DNA of 64,000 nt. Origin: the human T2T-CHM13v2.0 reference genome, Homo sapiens. The translations under genes were made by a program, and so were the position numbers. Below are positions 1-14,875 of this stretch, in pieces; positions within the stretch are counted from its first letter, which is position 1; every line of letters starts with the position of its first letter. The stretch is taken from assembly GCF_009914755.1 (NCBI RefSeq), contig NC_060926.1; one strand, written 5' to 3'. The notes beneath the pieces were generated by a model. It did no database searches, was not told where the DNA came from, and saw nothing but the letters and a program-made list of their open reading frames with translations.

Positions 1-2321
1 TCTATGCCCAGGAATGGCTGTTTGATGAGGATCCCAGATCCTATATATTGTGTATTCCCTACTACCACTGTGCTTCAGGCCCCAAAACATGCAAATTCTC
101 CCAAAGGAGCACATCTTCTCTGGGCTGATCCTAGGCCAATGCTGACCCAAAGGCCTGAAAAGCAGAGTTCACTCCCTAAGGAAGCATAAAGCGAGGAAGG
201 TGAAAGGTGAGTGGGGATGGGGGAGTTATTACTTGATGTGTTGTCAAAAGCCAAAGTTATAGGGGGTACGTGAGTCTCTCATGCTAACTCCTCAGTTTTT
301 CTGAAGCCCACAAAGGGGAATGACTTGATCAGAGTGGCTCAGCCCACACAGAGTTGACAGAAACCAGAGATCGGAAGCGAAGCTTGGTGTTTTGCCCAAT
401 GCCCCCTGCCACGCCCCTTCTGGAGTTTCATTTCCTATGTATTTAGGATGGGAGCAAGGACAGGAGGGCAGGGAACAAACTGGTCCCTTGGGATTCTAGC
501 TGCTACTACTGCCCATCCCTCCCCCTGACCAGCTTGTAAACAAGTCTAGTTCCCAGGCAGCCAGCCAGCCTGGGGAGCCAGACCCAGACCAGGAACTGGC
601 TCTGGGGCAGTCCCCCAGCCCCAGCCCTACCTCCTGAAAGTCCCTGGCCTCCATACTCCTCGTGATTCTCCCGTCTCTAGTCCCTGCGAAACAGAGAAGG
701 TCAAGAGGTTTTTGTCTTTCTGTCTTGCTCATCTCCACTCCCTCCTGCCTTCTTAAGGGAGGAGGAGGGAGAGGAGAAGGATGGGGCAGAGTAACCTTGG
801 GAAGATAAGGCCAGGCAACCCTGGGAAACTAGGGAGTTAGCAGAGGGCAGGGTTGAGGAGGAGGGACTGGGGAACTTAGAAGTAAGGGAAGTGGGGGTGG
901 GGAAGATGAGCTTGCAGAGCCCCCGACTCACAGGTGGAGCCCCAGACATAAGGGGCTGGACGACTGCAGAGAGGACTCATTCCCTGCCTGATTCCCAGTG
1001 GGGGAAAAGAGCATGTTTGAGGAAATGAATTAGGAGTCATGAAATAAGATGTGGACAGGGGCCTGGGCTCAAGTGAGAACTTTCTCTTAGATGGCTTATT
1101 TACTCATTCAAAACCACATATTAGATGGTGTTCATTGTATAATATACTACAGGTATTACATGTGACACAGAATTCATACTATGCAATTTTTTGTAATGAA
1201 AATTGGGGTTGGGGGAGGATATAAACTAAGTACCTAAGTCTTCCAGGAGATGCAAAGGAAAATAAGGCAGTCTTAATGCTCAAGAAGCTCATAGTCTTAT
1301 CTCCTGACCCTGCACAGCCATGTTGGAAGCTGCCTCCAATCCTTCTTATAATGAGGTGGGATATATGGGCAGAGGAGGGACAGATAGATTGATGGATCAA
1401 TAGAGACCGATCAGCTCTCAAAAGTCACTGGGTCATTGGGGTGCCCTGACCCACCCTCCATTGCTTTACTTATCTAGGCTGGGAAAGGGTGGGGGCCAGT
1501 GCTGGGCTGGTCTTAAGCACGCAGGAAGGAAGATGTGGACTGTGGCCTCTCCATTGAGAGACATCTGATTCCTGAGCTACTTGGGTACGGATGACGGCAG
1601 CAACTTGATTTTGTGTGTGTGCGTGCGCATGCGTGCACGCATGAGAATGCACGTGCACACACACGTGTTTGTGTTGTAGACCATAAAGGACTGAGCTTAC
1701 TACACATCTTCCTGTACCACCTCTTCAAGCATCTCCATCCTTAGTGTTGAGAGTTCTACCTTAAGACCTAAATTCCTCTTGCTTCTATTTAAGACCATCA
1801 CATTTCATTGTTGTGGAGCCAGAACATTCCTGGGCAGCCTGTACTTGTGGAGCAAATGGGGACAGTGGGGCGGATATGCACTAAAGCAAAACTGAAAAGT
1901 AGGCCACCTTGACCTCTGGCACCACCTACCACCATTCTCTATGTTTTCTCTCTCCTGGGACCCCTACCCCCACCCTGTCCTCTGCTGAAGAGCTTTTGGG
2001 TGGTCTCTAATTACCCTCTGCTCCCAGATGCTCTACTCATTCATTTGAGATGGGAATCCCAGCTAAGTGTTCAAATAGGAGCATTCTGATGAGAGCAGTT
2101 CCCCCAGGTATGAATCCCTAAGGAATTAACCTTCAGGGGTCTGGTATACCAAAACCAAATGTCAGCTCTCTCCTTGGGCAGAACGAAGGCCAGGAGTTGA
2201 GGGATTTCTGGAAGTGCGTGAGACTTCCCGTGAAGTCTTCCCCTACCAAGCCAAATATTGCCTGCACCCAGCAGTGATGTCACCCTAATGCGCAGGGCTT
2301 GGTTCACTGCCATTCTGCTCA

Positions 2322-2645
<324 letters not shown>

Positions 2646-3429
2646 AACGAAAACCACAGATCCTGGAGCAAGAGAAGGGTCAGTGTCACCTACTTTCCAA
2701 CAATGCTTCAGAGACCTGGCCCCCAGCTCCTTCTTCCTGCTCTCCAGTTCAGGGACATAGAAGATATCAGGGTAGGAGGGCCCACCTTAGAGATGAAAGC
2801 CCAACACACCCATTTTATAGAAGGAGAAACCTGGGCTATGGAGAGGGTGTGACTTTTCTCAGCTAGGCTCCATTCCCTAGCCGTTCCAACATCTCGTGGC
2901 ATTCTCTCTCCCTGGGATTGTTCTTGCCTTTCATCCGGGCTGTTCAGCTGACACATATCCAGCTTGTGGTCCACTAGGACCATATCATTCCTTGATACTG
3001 CTTACTTTTCTTTGGTGTCTCTTGACGACACATGAATTTCCTTGACGGCCTTCTTGATCTTTCTTCTGTTATTTCTTTTCCTTGTCACCCTTTTGGGCTA
3101 GAAGTTTGAGTTTTAACTTTGACTTACCTGATGCCAGCTGCCTTCACCTTGAGTAAAATTTCTATAAGAATTTATTTACAAAGATGTGTGCAGGAAGATA
3201 AGATTGAATCTTTGCTCTGTAGCAATTATCAGACTAGACTCTAGTTAGAGGGGACACAGACATGGACTAGCAGGAGAGCCAGACAGGACAATCTCAAGCT
3301 CAGTTTGGAGGTAGGGTGGGAGGGCATGTCACAGCTCCCGCTGCGGGCTGAGTGGGGCTGGTCCTCCTCCCTTCCACCCCAAGCCCTTTTTTGGGTTACA
3401 CCCCTGACCTGCTATTCTCTGCTTTCCAG

Positions 3430-3650
3430 GGCTGTGGGCAGCCCCTTGGTTATGGACCCTACCAGCATCTGCAGGAAGGCACGGCGGCTGGCCGGGCGGC
3501 AGGCCGAGTTGTGCCAGGCTGAGCCGGAAGTGGTGGCAGAGCTAGCTCGGGGCGCCCGGCTCGGGGTGCGAGAGTGCCAGTTCCAGTTCCGCTTCCGCCG
3601 CTGGAATTGCTCCAGCCACAGCAAGGCCTTTGGACGCATCCTGCAACAGG
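3430..3650 (+). CDS. WNT6: WNT6 coding exon 2 (221 bp)
   Basis: Acceptor ctttccag|G, donor CAGG|gtcagt. Encodes AVGSPLVMDPTSICRKARRL...ECQFQFRFRRWNCSS...RILQQ, matching WNT6. The signal-peptide exon is not in the window. Confidence 0.97.
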
Positions 3651-4370
3651 GTCAGTGTGGGGAGGGGGCGGAAGTGGGGCTGCTTTCTCCCTGCTGTGGG
3701 ACCCGAGGAGAGGAGAACTGGTTCGCTGAAGTTGCCTGAGCCCCACTTCCCCCTCACATGTGTCTGGGCACCCTGCAAGGACCCTGCCTCCCAGGCCCCT
3801 GGGGCAGCCCTCCCGCCGCAGGTTTCAGGTCCCAGGCCCCAGCTGACCGCCCCAGCCCGCGCTGATTGCACCTGTCTGCATTCACAGACATTCGGGAGAC
3901 GGCCTTCGTGTTCGCCATCACTGCGGCCGGCGCCAGCCACGCCGTCACGCAGGCCTGTTCTATGGGCGAGCTGCTGCAGTGCGGCTGCCAGGCGCCCCGC
4001 GGGCGGGCCCCTCCCCGGCCCTCCGGCCTGCCCGGCACCCCCGGACCCCCTGGCCCCGCGGGCTCCCCGGAAGGCAGCGCCGCCTGGGAGTGGGGAGGCT
4101 GCGGCGACGACGTGGACTTCGGGGACGAGAAGTCGAGGCTCTTTATGGACGCGCGGCACAAGCGGGGACGCGGAGACATCCGCGCGTTGGTGCAACTGCA
4201 CAACAACGAGGCGGGCAGGCTGGTGCGTACGGGCAGGATGGAGTGAGTGTGTGCGGAAATGTGAGTGTGCGCGCAGGAGTGTGCTTGAGGAAGTGTTGGC
4301 AGGAGTGAGGGTGTGTAGGTGGAGGGGGGCGTTAATGTGTGGGGGAGTGCGCACGGGCGGAAAGATGGGC
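3440..4370. promoter_or_regulatory. intragenic CpG island over WNT6 exons 2-3
   Basis: Visibly high GC and CpG density. Confidence 0.75.
3888..4222 (+). CDS. WNT6: WNT6 coding exon 3 (335 bp)
   Basis: Acceptor ttcacag|AC, donor CTG|gtgcgt. Encodes DIRETAFVFAITAAG...WEWGGCGDD...VQLHNNEAGRL, in frame with exons 2 and 4. Confidence 0.97.
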
Positions 4371-5759
4371 TGCAAGCATGGATGGACATGTGGGAGGAGA
4401 GGTGTCCAGCCTCCAAGAAGGAGTCACGTGGGGGTCTGAGAAGGCCAGATGCTGGACGGTACAGCGGGCAGAATGGGGGAAGGGACACTCAGGGAATAGG
4501 ACTGAGGGTCTTTAGTGACCCCAGGCAGAGAGGGCACAGCTTCAAGACAGGACAGGTGAAGCAAAGCTTGCAGTGGGTAGGAGGTCTGGATGCCTAGGCA
4601 GGGGCAGGAGAATAAAACAAAGGTGGGGATGAAAGACAGGATAGAAGCTAATGCAAGGTCTGGGGTTTTGGTACAGGGAAGCCAGGGGGAGTGAGAGAGG
4701 CCTAGAAAGAGTTAGAACAGGTCTGAGGGGCAATGGAAAAGAGCGAAGGACAAGGAACCAATCCTAGTGGAGGTTGGAGGGAGTCAGGTGGAGGCCAGGA
4801 CAGCTGTGACCAATTCTGGGCATTTGCCAACTGGCTGCCCAGCAACACCAGCCCAGGTCTCACCTGCCCAGAGCCATGGCAGCCTCTCCTCTCCCCTCTG
4901 TAACGAGGAGAGCCCCAGGAGCTCTCATTCAGGGGCAAGAAGGTTGTCTGGGTGTGATGGTTCCAGGAGGGGGCAGGGCAGACTCAGGAGGTGGGAGTGG
5001 GACACATGGTCAGGTTAGCCCCTGGACTCTGAGCTTCCAGAAATGATTTTCTTGGGTCTTCTGAACCATCAGCGCTTGGTGGGTTTGGGAATCTTAGACC
5101 CTGCTTCAGACAGTGACTAGGGGAGAGGCCGCCTGGGTTCCACTCTCAGTACTGCATTCCCAGCGGGCCCTCCTGCACCCCATGCCTCCGTTCTAGCGTT
5201 CTCCAGGGACATCGCCATACATACCGTGTCCTCTAGGGTTCGGGCCTGAGGCATCGGGCAGGGGGAGGAGGGGGCCTGAAGAGGAATGTCCGGACAGGCC
5301 CACATACCTGCCGAGAGGGTTGGGGAGGGGTGACGGAGACAGATGCCCAGGAGGCTGGCTCTGCGTCTGTGCTCAGCCCGGCCTGGGGGCCGTGAGGGGT
5401 AGGAATGAGGGGGCCAGGTAGGCAGGAGAGCTAGACTTCGACAGCTGCCACCTCTCCCCTCCTCCAAAGAGAATCTCACCCCTGCTGTCCATTCTGCTTT
5501 CTCCCCCACCCCCTGCCTTTGGACCCTGGAATCTCTGCGCTGCATATTGTCCCCGTCTCCCCTCTTCGTCATCATCATATTCCTCCATCCTCACCATTCC
5601 TCCTGCTCCTCCCCTCCGAGTTGTCCTTTCCTTGATTTCCTCCCCCTGAACTTGCGGTCTCCTTTTGTCTGCATTTTCCTCTCTTCCTTTCACCTCCCAT
5701 TCCCAATCTTATTTTCTGTCCATCCGCTGGGCCCTTCCCTGCACCCCCTACCTGTCCAC

Positions 5760-6470
5760 ATGCGTCCGCCCCTCTGCCTCCCGCAGGCCGTGCGGAGCCA
5801 CACGCGCACCGAGTGCAAATGCCACGGGCTGTCGGGATCATGCGCGCTGCGCACCTGCTGGCAGAAGCTGCCTCCATTTCGCGAGGTGGGCGCGCGGCTG
5901 CTGGAGCGCTTCCACGGCGCCTCACGCGTCATGGGCACCAACGACGGCAAGGCCCTGCTGCCCGCCGTCCGCACGCTCAAGCCGCCGGGCCGAGCGGACC
6001 TCCTCTACGCCGCCGATTCGCCCGACTTCTGCGCCCCCAACCGACGCACCGGCTCCCCCGGCACGCGCGGTCGCGCCTGCAATAGCAGCGCCCCGGACCT
6101 CAGCGGCTGCGACCTGCTGTGCTGCGGCCGCGGGCACCGCCAGGAGAGCGTGCAGCTCGAAGAGAACTGCCTGTGCCGCTTCCACTGGTGCTGCGTAGTA
6201 CAGTGCCACCGCTGCCGTGTGCGCAAGGAGCTCAGCCTCTGCCTGTGACCCGCCGCCCGGCCGCTAGACTGACTTCGCGCAGCGGTGGCTCGCACCTGTG
6301 GGACCTCAGGGCACCGGCACCGGGCGCCTCTCGCCGCTCGAGCCCAGCCTCTCCCTGCCAAAGCCCAACTCCCAGGGCTCTGGAAATGGTGAGGCGAGGG
6401 GCTTGAGAGGAACGCCCACCCACGAAGGCCCAGGGCGCCAGACGGCCCCGAAAAGGCGCTCGGGGAGCGT
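5760..6470. promoter_or_regulatory. CpG island over WNT6 last exon and 3' UTR
   Basis: Very high CpG density. Confidence 0.8.
5787..6248 (+). CDS. WNT6: WNT6 last coding exon (153 aa + TGA)
   Basis: Acceptor ccgcag|GCC. Encodes ECKCHGLSGSC (Wnt lipidation motif), TCW, SPDFC and the Cys-rich end CRFHWCCVVQCHRC...LCL*. Confidence 0.98.
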   Translation, partial: AVRSHTRTECKCHGLSGSCALRTCWQKLPPFREVGARLLERFHGASRVMGTNDGKALLPAVRTLKPPGRADLLYAADSPDFCAPNRRTGSPGTRGRACNSSAPDLSGCDLLCCGRGHRQESVQLEENCLCRFHWCCVVQCHRCRVRKELSLCL

Positions 6471-6614
6471 TTAAAGGACACTGTACAGGCCCTCCCTCCC
6501 CTTGGCCTCTAGGAGGAAACAGTTTTTTAGACTGGAAAAAAGCCAGTCTAAAGGCCTCTGGATACTGGGCTCCCCAGAACTGCTGGCCACAGGATGGTGG
6601 GTGAGGTTAGTATC

Positions 6615-6620
6615 AATAAA
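6615..6620 (+). terminator. WNT6: WNT6 polyadenylation signal AATAAA
   Basis: First AATAAA after the stop (~370 nt downstream), followed by a GT/T-rich element near 6651. Confidence 0.85.
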
Positions 6621-7249
6621 GATATTTAAACCACCAGGGCTGGACCCACAGTTTTGGGGGAGACTGATCTTCAGGCTGCCAGGCTCCAGAAGAAGGTGGT
6701 TTTGCTAGAACTAGCACCTCAGGGGCTATCACCTGGGTCCCTATCTCCCGACCAGGTTGGCCTCTCCTGGAAACTCGCTATCTCCCCTTGGCATTCTTCT
6801 TGTTCACTCCTGTCACACATCTAGGTCCTGGATCTGCAAGCTGGAGAAGAACTAGCAATTCCTCTTTAAAGGGACAGGGGCATCAGAAGCTTCTGATGCA
6901 TACCTCTTGACACCCAACAATATTTCCTTCCTTCTGGTTCCTCTTGGGAAGCTACTGGTGAAAGTGAGGAGACAGAGGGCAGTTCTGGATTCTCCAGAGC
7001 TGAAGCTTGAGCTCTCATCTTCCTCCAGAGAGAAAGAGGGATGGCATAGCCCAACTTCCAGGACCCAGAGCCTCCAACTTTCCTCCAGTCCAAATACTGC
7101 AATGGGGAATGACTCCCCCATCAAGGTATGGAGGACAAAAAATGAGCTTTGGGGTCAGACACTCTGGGTTTGCAGTTGGTGCTGCTGCTTAGAACTTTAC
7201 AACAGAGGCCAAATTAGCCTCATTTTCTTTATACAAAGGGATTTCGCTC

Positions 7250-8640
<1,391 letters not shown>

Positions 8641-11600
8641 GGATTGACAGCCTCTCTAGAACCACAGGGGGGTGGGGCAGGCACAGGGAGCAAAGCACAG
8701 TCCTTCAAATGAAACAGAAGGAAAGGGAGCTCGTTCTGGATGTGACAGACCCTCACCGTGGCTTCCAGGACCCCTGTCCTTCCCCCGCAATGCCCCTGCA
8801 TTCACTCGGTGACCTAGCCTGCTTCAATCCTCAAGGCTCATGGTGGGGAGGGGTGTCAGGCTGCAGTGGGAAGGTTGAGGCACCAGGGTTTTCCTTTCTG
8901 CCTCCTCTTGGCTCCCTTGGGTCAAATGTCTGGGCCTCAGGGAAGTCATGGAGAATTTGGACTTAGAACTCCTTGACCAAAGGAAACTCTGTTAACTTAC
9001 CAAAGGAGACAGTGGAAATACATTATGGTCCACATAGAGGAGAAATGAAGCTCCCTGAGGGCAAGGTTTATATTCACAGATCTGCCTTCCCCAAAGCTCT
9101 GCTCTTATCTTCAAACAAACAAAAAAACCAAACAAGCCCAAAACCCAAACTCCTGCACTTCTCTCAGAGACCACCAGAGGGCATGCGGAGCCCAGCTTCT
9201 CTATTAACAGGGAGCGACAGACAGGACCTGCAGGACATCTGGGAAACTCAGAGAGTGGTGGGCAGGAGAGGATAGGACTGAAAGGAAGCAAGGAGACCTA
9301 CAGACAGCTTGGGTCAAGCTTCTAGGGTTCCAGACTGTCTGGGACGTCTGGGCTGGCCCAGACCTAGGGCTGGGATGCCAGCCTCCCAGACTCTACCACT
9401 GCTGGGTCCTGCAGGGGGTGAGATAGGGTGGAAGATGCTGGACATCTTCCTCCACAATGCCAGGGAGGGAAGCTGGGGAAGTGGCATGAACTGGCACCAT
9501 TCTAGGCAGGTTAAAAGGAATTCAGAGGAAGTTGTATGGTACAATGAAAAATGCCTTGTTTGCTAGCTTGACCTTGGTCAAGTCAGTTAACCTATCTGAG
9601 CACTTCCTATCACCTAATAGGGGTCCCTGATTGCTTTTTAGCACATTGTGAGAATGCACTTCCATCTTTAAACTGCTGGCCACATGTTACTGGTCCATCT
9701 TCTGTTACCAAGCCCTGAAGGCGTCTGGGCACTGCCTTCTATGAAGGGTGGGAGTGATTACCAGAAGGCACCATTGGGACTTCTAGCCTTATCTTCTTTG
9801 AGCCCAGAGATAGATCTGTGCTGTTGCCCTGCTGCCTGGGAAGGGGCCGGAAGTAGAGTTCCCACCACCACCCACCCCTGCTCATCCAGCTGCTCAGCCT
9901 CAGGCAGTCTGAGCCATCAAAGTCCCCTGCTGGCTGAATGGCAGGGGACATGTGGAACTGGGGAGATGGGGGAAGTGCAAAGAGGCACCCCAGATGTGTG
10001 TGTGACCACATCAGGAACAGGCGGAACACAGGCAGATGGGTGAGGAGGCCGAGTGGAAGGCCTAGGATCAGCCTGAGGCCACGGGCTCGGGGAACAATTC
10101 CCTTCCCTTTCAATGACCAAACACATTGGGAGTTTGGGGAGACTGCAGCAGCAAGCCATTCCCCCTTACCTTGCTGAGGGTTGGTGGCCTCTGAGGCCTG
10201 GACAATGGAATGAAGAGCCTCCTTATTGGTCTGTGGCTCCTTGGCGTTCTTCTTCAGCAAGACAAACTTCTCCAGCTGGGCACCAGGACTGGGCTGGGGC
10301 TGGACTGGGCTAGGCTGGGGCTGTGAGGGTCCCACCTGTTCTCACCCCCATGCTTCCCCGGCCCTTCCTCCCTGTGACCTTCTCCAGAGCTGCCACAGCT
10401 GGAACCATTCTCCAAGCTGCCTTTCATCCCCAGTGCTCCCCCGCCCCCCAGTGGCCCCTGTAATTGTGGTCTTAGGCGGCGGCTGCGGGGGCTGGGGCTG
10501 GGCTGAGGGCCAGGGCCCAGGGCAGGGCCAGGGTGGGGACTAGGGGGTGCTGATAGGGGCTTGGCCATGGTGTGGGTCATTTGGGGCTGGGACCCCAGGG
10601 GCAGACAGTCTCTGGGCCTCACCTACATACATGCCAAGGCTCTGGACCAACACAGACTCTCCCCTCCCTTCACTGAGAAGTGCTCTGACTTGGGCACTCC
10701 TAGACCCTCCTGACACCAGGGCAGAGCCACGCCTGAGTGCAAGCCTCAGTATCACTATTTGCCTCCGGAGGCTTTTTTGTTTTTTTTTAAGAAAGGGTTT
10801 TCTCGGTCTCCTTTGCACCTCTGTATTTCACAGACAGTGGAGGTGGGGAAGAAAAGAGACCCCCTCATCAGAGAGATGCCAAAGGAAACTAAATCAGCTC
10901 CTCAACCAGGTCAGCAGCGTTTCCCAAAAGGAGTCCCCACCAGAATCACTGGGGATGCTAGCTAGAAAGACAGACACCCAGGCCTTTCCCTGGAAAGGCT
11001 GATTCAACTTCATGGGGCCTGGAATCCGCATTCCCACAATGGCCCACCCCAGGGGACACTTGTGCTGCATCAAGCGTGGGAAATGCTAGTGTGAGCGCGT
11101 GATGGGGAATAAGGACATCTGTAAGCTGATTATGAGTCCCTTCCCTGTGTCACGTTCCTAATTCTTTCTGGGCCTCAGTTTCCCCAACAGCCAATAAGAA
11201 TATGACTCTCCAGCTTGCTGGTGTCCTCTCTCATCCTGGGCTGGTGCCTGTCTCCTGTCTTGAGTCTGGTCCCACCCTTACCCTTACCGCTTACCCTTCC
11301 CAAATGCTAGTCCCAAGCTGTCCCCGTTTCTGCAGCATGGTAGGGAGAGTGGGGAGGGCAGGGGGCAGTTGGGGTCAAATAAGGCTCTAGCTGACGCAGT
11401 CTGCTTGCTGCCCCTGGCTGTTTTCCTGCAGTCCAGCCAGACTGCTCCCCCCCCACTGCCCCACCCCCACCCCCAGCAGCCTCAAGCCCTTAATTCCTGA
11501 CAGCTGCGGTGGCTGCCGGCAGAGATGAGGGGGAAAGGAGGGGGGAGTATGCCGTCAGCCTGCTGTTGCTCAGGCCGCCCCCACCACCTGACAGTCTGGG

Positions 11601-12599
11601 GACAAGGAGGGCCCCACCCCCTCCTTCAGTTCCCCAGGGATGGGCAATTCCAGGAATGGGCCTTTTTTGTCTCTGAGCCCAGAGGCTCCCATAGTTTTGT
11701 TCCTAAGCCAGCAGGGGCTCTCTTCAGAGAGAGGGGCATGTTTGTGTAAAGGCTTGTGCCCATTTTACAGAGGAGGATGCCGAGGGCACAGGGCAGGAGC
11801 ACGATCCACTATCAGGGCCCAGGCTAGCACCAGAAACAGACGGCAGAGCTGCCTTTCCCCTGCCCTCTGGCTCTCAGGCCCTTGCTTGGGCCCAGCACAC
11901 TTGCACTATATCGAGGAGGGGCCCAGTGTTCAGTTGGGGTGGAGGGACAGGAAGATCTCAGCGAGAAGTAGACCTGAGCCAGGAGGCTGGTATTAGGGAC
12001 CTCCTAGAGGACCATGTGCAGGTGGGGCCAGGGAGGGCCAGGACAAGACTGAGAGTATCTGCGGGCACAGGCAGGCAACACTCAGTGTTGGGGAGGCAGC
12101 TGCTGCGCTGGGAGTCAGGAGAGCTGCGTTCGGTTCTCGCTCTTCCGCTAATTTGCTGTGTGACCTCTTTGAGCCTCGATATTTTCTTGTGAAATAAAGG
12201 GGAGCTAAATAAACTATCTCAACGGCCACTTCTAGGGTTAAAAGTCTCTCTAACGCCTCCTCCCAGGACGTGCCACCCCGGGCGCTCCTACGCAAGCATT
12301 TTCTGGGGGCCTGACACTGCTGCCTCCCCGGGCTCACTGAGGAGACAAGGTGGTCCCCATGAGCCGCATTCCGCAAAGGGGCAGAGGAGGTCTCCGTGAG
12401 CAGGAGCAGGAGGCACCTGTTTAAGGTCACACAGCAAAGGGGAGAAGAAACCAGAGGCTGCCAAACTCCTCTGCAGGAGCCCACACCTGCCTCACACCAG
12501 GCAGGCCTGGGGGAAGTCCCTCCTCTGGCGGAGGAGGCGAAACACAGAGGCCAGCCCCTCCCCTCCAGCCCCTGCAGGTGTGTGTGTTGGGGTGGGATG

Positions 12600-13520
<921 letters not shown>

Positions 13521-13918
13521 AGTTGGGACCCCGGCCTGCAGGGGCCTCTGATGCTCTTGCTGGGGTAGAGGACCCTGGAAGAAGGGAGGGACAGGGTCAT
13601 AGGAAAGTGCTGGTGCCCAACCAAAGGCAGTGAGCTCCCTCATAGGAGGGGGTTGGACTGGTGACAGGATATGGGCAGTCCAGGGAGACAAGGCAGTGCC
13701 CAGGAGCATGATGGCAACTAGGAGGGGAGGTGTGTGTGGGGGGGGAGCAAGTGCCAGTCTGGAGTTCCTGCCCTGTTGGGGGAATGCACCCCCACCTCAG
13801 GAGTAAGCACAAGCTGCCTCACTCCTTCCTGCAGCTCAGCCCCAGGTAGGGGCAGGGGTTGGGAGGCTGGAAGGGGGTAGCCCAGGTGGGGTCAGTGAGA
13901 GACTGCAGCTGCAAGAGC

Positions 13919-13947
<29 letters not shown>
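13919..13947. repeat. (TG)n microsatellite followed by GT-rich low-complexity DNA, WNT10A intron 1
   Basis: Direct read. Confidence 0.9.
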
Positions 13948-13952
<5 letters not shown>

Positions 13953-14407
13953 ATCGAGCCCAGGATCCCAGCAAACTGTGTTGGTAAACAGTAGTTTGTA
14001 TGTGTGCCCATGTGTGCATGTGAGAGCTCATGGGTCAATGTATGTTAAGATGAACACATGTGTAAATGGGAGTGTCTTTGTGTGTGTGTCTGTAACTATG
14101 TCTGATGAAGTGTGCATGTGCGTAAGTGTGCTGGGGTTGGGTTTGTGTGTCCACCACAATGTGTGCAGAAGTGTGTCTATGTGAATGTGACTGAAACATA
14201 TCTGTGGGAGTGGGCTTGTGGGGAACCCTGTGTGTATGGGCATCTATTCCTGGGGATGTGCATAGGAAATACTGTGGCCACAAGCATGGTGGATGTGTGT
14301 GCATTTGCACGCTTACCTGTGTGGGTGTGCAGCTAGCTGAGTGAGTTGCACTGGGCAGGATGATTGTGAGGAGGTCAAGGAGAGAGGAATGTGTAGGAGT
14401 GTACTGA

Positions 14408-14875
<468 letters not shown>

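Noticed and set aside
3542-6481. Long antisense and overlapping ORFs (up to 277 aa) over WNT6 exons
   Set aside because: Expected shadows of very GC-rich coding DNA; low-complexity Pro/Arg/Gly/Ala with no domain.
11031-11082. Notch paired (SPS) dimer site
   Set aside because: The two RBPJ motifs have the opposite relative orientation and 36-bp spacing, not head-to-head at 15-17 bp.
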